Below, piece by piece: positions 1 through 9,732 of a stretch of 42,519 nucleotides of DNA. Numbering within the stretch: position 1 is the stretch's first letter; every line of letters begins with the position of its first letter. The notes under the pieces are model-generated. The model had not been told where the DNA came from and searched no databases. It saw only the letters and a program-made list of their open reading frames with translations. Origin of the DNA: Ministeria vibrans ATCC 50519 (lineage: Eukaryota > Protista > Filasterea); assembly GCA_943704425.1 (NCBI GenBank), contig CALSCP010001837.1:1-42519 (forward strand), given 5' to 3'. The position numbers were made by a program, and so were the translations under genes.

Positions 1-158
<158 letters not shown>

Positions 159-271
159 TTTTATTGTCATTATTATTGTTATTGTTTCTCAACTTCAACT
201 TTTCTAATTATTATTATTTTCCACAGTTGAAGTATTATTATTTTAATAGAAATAATGAAATGAACACAGAA

Positions 272-2692
272 TCAGTGGCGACGGTTGGACCAGTCGTGGT
301 CGTGGTCGTGGAGGAGGTTCTGGACGACGGCACTGAGGTCGCCGTTGTAAGCGCGCAGAAGACGCTGGTTGATGGTACGCGAGAAGAAACCCATGTCGAA
401 CAGCTGGCGCATCAGCACCTCTTCGTCGTACTGCGGTGCAGCGTCCACTGGCGCTGGCGCAGCAGCAACAGCCGCTTCCGGGAGCTGTGGTGCCGCCAAA
501 GGTTCAGAAGCATCACTGCTTCCGGCCTCAGGCTGAGTCTCAGGATCCGTCTCGGTCACTTGACGGGCTGCCTGGGCGGCAGGCATGGCACCAATGACAG
601 TCTCCTTGGGCACAAAGGCGACAGTCTTCTTGCCTGAGGCCGGGTCGGCAACGACCACGTCGGCCCAAGTGCGGTGTCCAAACCCATTGCCGTCGTACAT
701 GAGACGCCAGTAGCTCTGGTAGCGACCGGGCTGCGACGGAGCGAGCAGGTCGACCGAGAGCGTCGCCTGTTCTCCCGACTTGAGCGCCGGCACCTTGATG
801 GTCTTGCCGGTCAGGTTGCCTCCAATGCACTGCAGCGAGACGCCCTCGGGCCACTGGGTCGCGCCCGTGTTCTGCATGAGCCACGTCTTGGTGAACGTGC
901 CGGGCTCAATCTGCTCGCCATCGGCGTACGTCACGTCACGGACAAAGCGTGCCGAGAGACGACTTGCCGTCATCGCCGCGGTATCTTTCTCCTTCTTCGC
1001 CTGCGCCTCGGCCGCCTGTTCCTTGGCCTTAGCCGCACGCATAGCTTCGAGCTTGGCCTTGGCCTCCTCTCGCACCCGCATGCGATCAGCGTGTGCAAGC
1101 GCATCCTTGCGCTCACGCAGCTCCTTCAGCATCGCCTTCTTCGAGGCAATCTGGGCGCGACGGAGCTCCTCCGCCTCCTTGGCAGCCTCAGCAGCAGCAG
1201 CAGCAGCCGAAGCCTCGGCAGCCGCAGCGGCAATCTCATCTGCCTTCATCTTCTTCTCGGCAGCCTCGGCTGCGGCAGCCTTCTCCTCCTCCTCCTTTTG
1301 CTTCTTCTCCGCCGCCTCCGCCTCTTCCTTCTGCTTCTTCTCCTCCGCCTCCTTCTTGAGCTTCTCAGCGGCACGCTTACGCGATTGCTGGCGAGCCTCG
1401 GCAGCCGCCTTGGCACGCATAGAACCCATCTGCAGCAGTGACGAGGCGGCAGCGCGCACGTCACTCAAAAGCTGACCATGACCGGTCTCAGTGTTGGTAC
1501 GGGAGCGTGCAGCAGGCGTGGGCACAGTCTCGTACAAGTTGTGAGGAAGAATCGGGGAGCGGAAGATGGCGGTGAGTGGACGGTAGACCTTGAGAAAGAT
1601 GTGGCTGGCATCGTGGGAGACAGTGCTGCGCGGCAGTTGTTCGCATGCCTCGCACAAGTCAAAGTCACCGCAGTTTCCGCACTTGAAACGCACACCGGCG
1701 ATGCGCTGCTGACAGTGGTCGCAGAGCACGTTGCGATGGAGAGGCAGGCTGCGCAAAAGAGGAGCAGCAGGGGGCACAGCGCTGCTGCTCGAGGTGGAAG
1801 TGCACACGGAAGAGATGAGCGAGGTCATGTGGGGCTCAAGGTGCTTGGCAATGCTGGGTGCAAGAGCGCTCGCGAGCTGCTCGGGGGTCACGTCAGCACT
1901 CATGCAGCACGTATCGGAGCATGGTCCCGCCGCTGAGTCATGTGCCACCGTCTCTTCTTCCTGTTCCACCTCCACCTCTTCCTCTTCCTGTTCCTGTTCC
2001 TTCGTCTCTTCGGGTTCCTCCTCGAACACAAAGGGCTCGGGTGCCGATTGAACCTCGGCAATGACGACAGCTTCCTTCACGTCCTCCTCTTCGGGTTCCG
2101 CCTCTTCGATCGGTGCTGCCATAAAAGTCATGGGAATCATCTCGACAACGGATGTCTCCTCGTCCGTCTCATCGTCGTGTTGGGCCATCGACGACTCAAG
2201 GTCCGGGTACACCGGCTCCATAACAACGCTCGAGACTTCCGACGACGAAGAGCACACGGATCGAATCTCGTCGTTGTCATCATCGCTTTCGTCACGGTCG
2301 TCACCATGCTGCGGCAACATAGTGTAGCCGGGTTCGCCAGCGACCTGAACAAAGTCCCACTCGGACGACGTGCCGTCCTCGCCCGAGTACTCACGCAGCG
2401 CACTGTCCGTCGAGACTGTTGACACAGGGGGCGCAACGTTGGCGGAGGGGTCAAGCACAAATCGCATCACAAGGCCAGCCTCGTTGAGACAGCCAAGCCC
2501 AAAAGACTCTTGAAGTTCGGCTATATAATATTATAATAATAATAATAATAATTATTATTATATAAAAANNNNNNNNNAGCCACTGACAACAGATGCCACC
2601 ACAAGGTGGTTGAGTCTCTTCACAGTAGTGGCAGTGGCCAGTGAGCTGAGGTCAGACTTGAGGGTCAAAATGGAAAATGAGAAACTGAACAT
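272..2692 (-). CDS. NBR1: NBR1-like selective autophagy receptor (probable PB1-like start, LIR, ZZ zinc finger, coiled coil, FW/NBR1 domain, UBA)
   Basis: Main exon 2520-272 follows a ...tatag acceptor. ZZ finger HRNVLCDHCQQRIAGVRFKCGNCGDFDLCEACE..H..SHIFLK. FW domain ARFVRDVTYADGEQIEPGTFTKTWLMQNTG..WP..PGRYQSYWRL..FGHRTWADVVV. C-terminal UBA LMRQLFDMGFFSRTINQRLLRAYNGDLSAVVQNL. The 5' exon (ATG 2692, MFSFSFSILTLKSDL..TVKRL) runs into the N gap at 2569-2577, so the start is uncertain. Confidence 0.88.
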
Positions 2693-2741
2693 GTATTTCA
2701 CGATGAATCACGAATGATCATTCATTTATTGATTATTCCGC

Positions 2742-3512
2742 ATGTCTGACTCACCACTACCAATCGTCTCAGTGCGTCGTCGAGAGCAAATCTCTGCAGC
2801 TCATCGTTTACACGCAAAGTCGCTGAGTGCCGAGGAAAATCGACAAATGTACGGCAAGTGCAACCATCCCGGCGGACACGGACACAACTACGACAGTACG
2901 TACGCCGCACACGTGGCTGGCGACAACCCCCACCCCCTGACTCCATCCGTCTCTCCCTCGTCGCTGCGTCTGTTCAGTTGAAGTGACCGTGCGCGGCCCC
3001 GTTGACCCCGTCACCGGAATGGTCATGAACATTTCCGACCTCAAAGTACATCCACAAAACCAACGCGGAACGACGCCACTTCTCGCCCACTCACTCATTT
3101 TTCTTTCTTGGTGTGCGTACCAGACGGCCATGCAGAAGGTTCTCGAACAGTTGGATCACAGAAATTTGGACGAGGATGTGGCGTTTTTCGCAACACACGT
3201 TAGGTAAGAGCATCATCATATACCATCATACTATTATAAGAATGTGATAAATATGCTTGAGCTGGTGAGGCCGGTCTGGGAAGGTTGGGCGGGAGTGATC
3301 CATTAGGAGTGGTCCCATCATGCATACGTGCCTTGTATTCTTCTTCTTTATCGACTCATCATAATCATTGTTATAGTACGACTGAAAATGTCGCCGTGTT
3401 TGTCTGGCGTGAGATGCAACACGAGCTGACCGTGCGTCAATTCGACGCGGCGCTTCTCTATGAAGTGTGCATTCACGAGACGGCCAAAAACAGCGTTGTG
3501 TATCGCGGATGA
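2742..3512 (+). CDS. PTS: 6-pyruvoyl tetrahydropterin synthase (4 exons)
   Basis: Exons approx. 2742-2895, 2979-3045, 3124-3203, 3377-3512. Spliced product has SAAHRLH..EENRQMYGKCNHPGGHGHNY, VTVRGPVDPVTGMVMNISDLK, LDHRNLDEDV, STTENVAVFVW and IHETAKNSVVYRG, the animal-type PTPS signature. Confidence 0.95.
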
Positions 3513-3627
3513 GAGCACTGCTGCTTGACGCGTGTGTCGGTTGAGGCGCAAGGCAACTGTATCATTGCAATCGAAGATTAGAAGAAAAAAGAAGAAGGTT
3601 GTGTTGTATAGAAGAAGGACTGGTGAC

Positions 3628-4062
3628 TCACACGTGAGTGGGCTTCTCACTGACATACGGAAACTCTTTTGGAACCTAGTTGCCACAAAGAAAAAGAAAA
3701 AGAAAAAACATCAACAACAGTGAACAAAGAAGTGCGAGTGAGAAGGAGACGTACCGCTCCACGTCGCTCGGGTCCTTCGGTGGTGTACTCGCAAAAGAGG
3801 TAGACGCCGTAGAGCGAGCCAAATGCAAGGCCAAGCATGAGAAGCATCTCCGAGGTGGGTCGCGGCTGAGGTGGAATGAGAAAATGGTAGGGTCAGTGAA
3901 AGGGAAGCGTGTGGGAGGGGCGTGCAGAATCTGCGTGCCTTACCTGGTTTTGGTCCGTCACCCACATTGACAAAATGTCGTCTTCTTCGTGTAACTTGGG
4001 AGGACAGAGCGATCGAGAGTGAGAAACAAAGTGATACAGACAAAAAGTGATACATATAGATG

Positions 4063-4154
<92 letters not shown>

Positions 4155-4920
4155 AACAAAGTGATAGAAAGGAGAGAAACAAAGTGATAGAGAGGAGAGA
4201 AACAAAGTGATAGAGAGGAGAGAAACAAAGTGATAGAGAGAGAAAACAACGCGGCAGAGAGAAACAAAATGAGAAATAGACATGCATAGAAAATGGGTTT
4301 GTGTGTTAGGGTTGTGTGTTACTGGATCGTCGAGATTCCGTCGATGCTGCTTGCTCTCGTACAAATGCGGTTGCTTCAGTTGGGCTGATACAAATGGGAC
4401 TTCCGTGTACGTGCCAATCTGAATACGAAGTAAGTGTCAGCGAGTGACCAACGTCCCGTCAACCTTACCTGTCGATCGTTGGGGTCTGGCATCCACTCTG
4501 CAGCACGAGGGAAAGAACATCACACAGAGAGAATAAGACACACAGAGAGAATAAGACACAGAGGCACATGCCAACAAAGCGACGCTCAGCGGGCAGAGTT
4601 GTCTCGGCAAAAGTCGCNNNNNNNNNNNNNNNNNNNNNNNNNNNNNNNNNNNNNNNNNNNNNNNNNNNNNNNNNNNNNNNNNNNNNNNNNNNNNNNNNNN
4701 NNNNNNNNNNNNNNNNNNNNNNNNNNNNNNNNNNNNNNNNNNNNNNNNNNNNNTTCAAAAAAAAAAAAAAAAAAGCAGTCGTACCGATAAAACCTCCAAG
4801 ATCCTGTCGTCGTGGGTCGCCGGTATCGCGCATTGATGCGACACTACTATGGACCATGCGGCTCGCAGCTGCTCTTTGGGCGAGACCCGCTCGCACTGAC
4901 TGTCTTAACAACGACAGCAT
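3628..4920 (-). CDS. NDUFB8: Mitochondrial complex I accessory subunit NDUFB8 (ASHI)-like, about 6 small exons
   Basis: Arg-rich presequence MLSLLRQSVRAGLAQRAAASRMVHSS. Spliced exons give EWMPDPNDRQIGTYTEVPFVSAQLKQPHLYESKQHRRNLDDPLHEEDDILSMW, then one TM helix (MLLMLGLAFGSLYGVYLF), then VPKEFPY. This matches the NDUFB8 pattern G.Y..P....Q.R.P...W..Q.RRN.GEP.HE..D.L and C-terminal PK.(F/Y)P. An N gap lies in intron 1. Confidence 0.8.
4021..4275. repeat. Intronic (AG)n plus AGAAACAAAGTGATAG minisatellite
   Basis: Long AG run flanked by repeated AGAAACAAAGTGATAGA units inside an NDUFB8 intron. Confidence 0.9.
4618..4753. other. Assembly gap (N run); other gaps at 2569-2577 and 14728-14737
   Basis: Runs of N, each next to low-complexity sequence. 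Confidence 1.
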
Positions 4921-5285
4921 TCAACTGATAATTATACGCGTGTGGGTGGGAATCAAAGAGCCGGGAGTCCACTGTCTATCTCCCCACAGTGTACGTTCGA
5001 GGGCGTGAACAAGAAAAGAAGAAGAAGAAAGTTATCTTGAAAATAGAAATTTAGAAATTAGAATCAGCCCATGAATAGTTATTGATCGTAACAACACCCC
5101 CACCGCCAAGTGTGCACAGGATGCCGGTGTGATGCCCAGGTTGCAATTCTACTTATTTAGCAAGTAGCAGAAGTGTGTTGCTGCAACGACAAAGTACATA
5201 CAAATAAAATAAAATAAATGTTATATGGGAGGAGACAAGTGTGTGTGTGTATGTAATGTGTAATGTGTCGTGTTGTGTTGTGTTT

Positions 5286-7573
5286 TCACTTGGTCTTTTT
5301 CTGCACAAAGGTCGATGACTTGGTGCCACTACGGGGCTGAGTGCTGAGACGCGGCGCCTTCTTTAGCTTGGGCTCCTCAATGCCCTCGGCCAACTGCGAG
5401 AAGGCCGTTGCCGCAGTACGCTTCTTGTCCTTGCCGTCCTTGCTACCCTTACCCGCTGCTCCGCTTCCTCCTCCGCTGCCCGCAAAGAAGCTGCTCGATG
5501 CTTGCGCGTAGTCAAACGCCGCAATGGGTTGCGTCAGCCCCTTGGCCTTGGCCAACATTCGCTTTTCGCGTCTCCGTCGCTTCCCACTGCCACTCCCAGA
5601 CCCAACACCTTCCTCTGTCTCCATCTCCACACCCACGTCCGCCGACCCAACCTCTTCCACTTCCTCTTCATGCTTCTTCTCCTTCTTCTCCTTCGTGTCG
5701 TCCTCCTGCACCACAACGACACTCTCCATCGGCGGCACCTCTTTGTTGTGCTGTGCATCTCCCACCACAATGCGCTCGGCCGCAAGTGGCTCAAACAGTC
5801 GCACAGGAAACGACGCAAACACTTGTGCCACAAGTGCCTTCACACGCTGTGCCTCCTCCCCTTCCCTCTGATTCTCCTTCTCCTTCTTCCCAGCGCCAGC
5901 ACCACCAAAAGCGGTAGCAAGGCCGCTGTTTGGCTGCGCCAGACGCGCCTCCTCGACAGTCAGCACAGAGGGCACATTGGTAAAACGCGTGGGTACAATA
6001 CGTGAAGGCACTGTGGTCGTTGTGTGGCCGTCGCTGAGTTTTGCTGCAGCTGCTGCGACTGCTACTGCACTATTTGCGGTTGTGGTTGTACTTGTCGCGG
6101 TGGTCGCTGTAGTTTCTGCAAGGACGTCGTGTGCAGTTGCGGCGGCGCGTCGGGCATCGCCGATGAGTGCCATGAGCGTCATGACGTTGAGGCGGACAAG
6201 AGGTGGGGTCGGCGTGCAGCAGGCAAGCAGCGAAACGACCGACGAGGGCATGGTCTCGGCAATGCGCACAAGCATGTGACGTGGCAACACGTAATGCAGC
6301 GACTCGTCTTCGTCGCGAGCCGTGGCGTCACGCCAGTCCCACAGGGCGTGCAGCGCCAGCATCTGTTCGCGACGCGCATGCATTGGCGCGGGAATACCCT
6401 TTTCACACAGGGCCGCGTCGTACGGCTCCTTCTCGTATCGCTTGAGGCACAATTCGGTGCTGCGACGCCACACCTCCTCGAGCAGGTTGAAGCCGACGGA
6501 GGAGGAGCTGCGCGCACACAATTCGTTGCGCAGACGGTCGTACACGTAAAGCAGGTAGTGCGTGTCCTCCTGGGCGTAGCGCGCCATTTCGGTGGGCAGT
6601 GGACGCACACGCCAGTCGGCCAGCTGGTACTTCTTGTCAGCGTTGACGCCGCAGTAGTGCGCAAGAAGGTGGGCGAGCGAGTAGGAAGGAAAGGCGAGTA
6701 CGCGCGTGGCCTGGCCCGTGTCGAACACGTTGACGAGATACAGCCCAAAGTCACGCTGGAGCCAGACAATGTCTGAGTCGCAGCCATGGAGCACCTTGGT
6801 GATGGTTGGCGACGTAAAGACGGGCTGCAGCAGATGCATGTGTTCGCGCAGGGCAATCGTGTCGACGAGGAAGTCGGCAGTGCGCGTGCTCAACTGCATC
6901 AGACAGACAAAGCCCTGGAAGGAACGGTAGCTGTGGTTTTCGAGGTCCACTGCAATTTCATGTGCCAGCTCAATTTGACGCACGCAGTCGACGAGTGCCT
7001 CGAGAGTGTCGACAAAGGTACACACGGCGTGTGCAAGAGGCGTGTAGAGAGTCTCCTGAACGGGCGAAAGAACGCTGTCGGGTGCCGTGAAGGCACGCAG
7101 CTCCGCCTCGTACGGGTGGGGAATGCTCATGAGCACCGACGGTGTGTCGGCTGCAAGCCCCAGTGTGCTCTCAAGGTGGGCCCGCAGCGCGGGCGACATG
7201 GTTGACGACTGCAATGGAATCGCGTGTTGCGTCGACGTCTCTGCATTTGTGTCCCCTTCTGCTGTCGCGCCCGCCTCATTGGCCTCGTGCTGCAGGCGAA
7301 AGACATCGGCAAGCGGCTCAGTCGCGTTGGGCTTGGCGAATATGCGCGGAATAAACGGCGACAAGCGGCTGTTGTCGATACGATCACGAAACTCAAGTTG
7401 GGGTCGTCGAATGTTACGTGCTTGCATGAGCGAAAAGGAGCCGGACTGCTTCTTGCTCGATGCCGGACTCTGCGTGACAACCATCTGGACATTCGACGAC
7501 GACGACTTTGACGTGGACGGGGTTGACGCAGCTGCGGCACCGCTGCTCGCAACGGGAAGCTAGAGGACGCGTG

Positions 7574-7632
<59 letters not shown>

Positions 7633-8113
7633 TCGCAATTTTCACGTTGGAAATAAATGAGAACGACGAACCTTTGACGGGGCACTGCCCGTGGCTTCGT
7701 CGAGGGCCATGTCGACACTTTCAAGGATGACGTCAACGGCGTTGGACAGCACGTGCATCCGCTCGTCGTTGTCGCCAAAGCGGCGTGGTTCGCCCACGGC
7801 GTACGACACAACCTGTCGCATGTTCCGCAAAAGCTGAAGGAACACATCAAACGGGCGTTTCAGAGAGAACGGTACGCGTATGCGTGCATGTGTGTGCGCA
7901 TGTGGATGGGGGGAGGTAGGGCGCTCTCTCTCTCTCGTGCGTGGGGCGTACTTGAGCACTGAGCGCTGAGGTTCTCGTGCGAAACTCATCAAAGCCCGTG
8001 TGGTAAAACTGGAAGTCTCCCGAGGCCGTCGAGGGCAGTGCGTTGATTGACTTGGTGGCCGAGACACATGCAAGCAGCAGCTTCTGAGTTGGGTCGTCTG
8101 GATTGGACGACAT
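5286..8113 (-). CDS. EXOSC10: Exosome 3'-5' exonuclease RRP6/EXOSC10 (PMC2NT, DEDD-Y exonuclease, HRDC), 3 exons
   Basis: IAVDLENHSYRSFQGFVCLMQLSTR, KVLHGCDSDIVWLQRDFGLYLVNVFDTGQA, KKYQLADWRVRPL, YAQEDTHYLLYVYD and HRDC LWDWRDATARDEDESLHYVLP. N-terminal exons near 8113-7950 and 7832-7672 give the PMC2NT-like ATKSINALP..DFQFY. Confidence 0.96.
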
Positions 8114-8160
8114 GAGTTGAAGTTACGCAAATTAATTGAAAAAATTAAAGTTATTCATCC

Positions 8161-8446
8161 ATGACTCTACCTACTATCGTCCTTCCCCTGCTATTACTTG
8201 CGTTGGGCGGATGTGTGACTGTCCAGTCGACTCCCATTGATTTTTATGCCCTGTCAGCGAAGATGTGGGATGGGAAAGTCATTGAGTTTTCGCGTCTGAA
8301 AGGAAAGGTAGTCGTCATTGTCAATGTCGCCTCGGAGTGTGGGTACACAGACATGGGCTACAGTGGAATGGTCCATATGTTTAACAAGTACAAAAGGAAC
8401 GGGTTGGTTGTGTTGGCGTTTCCTTGTAACCAAGTACGAGTCTTAC

Positions 8447-8482
<36 letters not shown>

Positions 8483-9078
8483 ACATTCTGTCCGTCTAGT
8501 TTGGCGAACAAGAGCCCGGTACAGACGAGGAGGTGCACGCGTTTGCGAAAGAACGAGGTATTGTGACACTATTGGTGTCTTGTTGTTGTGCGGTTGGCAA
8601 CTCTTGAAGGACTTGCTGTGTGTGTGTGCGCGCCAATGACCTACACAAACTCTACCAGTCCTCGAGATGGTGGCCGTCCTGATGTTGTTGCGCTGCATCG
8701 GAGAGAATAATTGGGAAATCGGGAGAATCGTGAATATTTTGAGGGTGGCTTTGTGCGCTCTTGTGTGTGGACTCCTTCGTGCCATTTGTAATGTTCGACG
8801 ACTGACTCACTGCTGTATGTACCATGCATCTTTTTATAGGCGCCAAGTTTCCGATTATGAGCAAAGTGAATGTGAACGGACGAAAGACCCACAGTGTCTT
8901 CCGATTGGCCAAGAAGGACGCGCAAGTGCGCCAGATTGACTGGAACTTTGAATACTTCATCTATGGGATGCGAGGACAATTTTTGGCACATGCCAAGTCA
9001 GACGAGAGTCTCACCGACTACGAAGATGTCATTTCTGCCGAGATCGATCGGGTGGGTGCCAGCCGTAATGAATTGTAA
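8161..9078 (+). CDS. Cys-type glutathione peroxidase, ER-targeted (GPx7-like), 3 exons
   Basis: Exons 8161-8433, 8500-8557, 8840-9078. Signal peptide MTLPTIVLPLLLLALGG. Motifs VNVASECGYT (Cys codon TGT), LAFPCNQFGEQEPG and WNF. C-terminal RNEL is a KDEL-like retention signal. Confidence 0.92.
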
Positions 9079-9326
9079 TACAAGTGAGAACATTGATTTG
9101 TGTACGCGAAATTGAATGTGTATTTGAGTCATGACTGGCTCAGTGACGCCCACTCGCTCTTAATCATGACTGACGACACTTATGCCAGCGATTAGTGATG
9201 ACCGGAACACCGGGTCTGAATTGAAAGTGAAGCGATCGTGAAGCGATCAATAATGTGTCAATAATCAATATCGGTATAGCTATTCAAATCATGAATCATC
9301 CATGATCAAATTATTTTGTGAGTTGA

Positions 9327-9695
9327 ATGTCACACTCGCTCGCTGCGACGCGTCGCATTTTGCGCAAAGTCGACTTGATGGTGAAGGCACTGAGTCTTGC
9401 GCCGTCTGTCTTGACGCGACGCAACGCCATCAAGAGACAGTTCGCGGAGTGTCGTCCGATCTTACGTCTGACATACCACCCTCTCCATTCGTACGGAATC
9501 ACGTCGAAAGCGGTCAAGTCGCGTCAAGAGGAGCTCAAAAGGAAAGCCCTTGAGCAGGCAGAGGCGCTGCGCCGCGACCGACGCGACGCAAAACGTCTGG
9601 AAAAGGTTATTGTCGATAGAGTTTAAAAGTCATGGTCTAATTATCTCTGTGTGTGTGTGTGTGTGTTCTAGATTGCTGCTGCCGCTGACGCCAGG

Positions 9696-9732
<37 letters not shown>

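Noticed and set aside
674-1475. Long plus-strand ORFs opposite NBR1, and similar antisense ORFs at 6024-6776 and 34204-35493
   Set aside because: Shadows of GC-rich coding sequence on the other strand, with no recognisable motifs.
3711-4364. ORFs rich in SLSLSL, ERERER, THTHTH or YIYIYI (also 21396-22316, 27825-28685, 31775-32087)
   Set aside because: Translations of intronic or intergenic microsatellites.
9196-9219. C/D box snoRNA candidates (GTGATGA...CTGA here and at 15481-15504)
   Set aside because: Boxes are only about 24 nt apart, too short for a snoRNA, with no recognisable rRNA guide.
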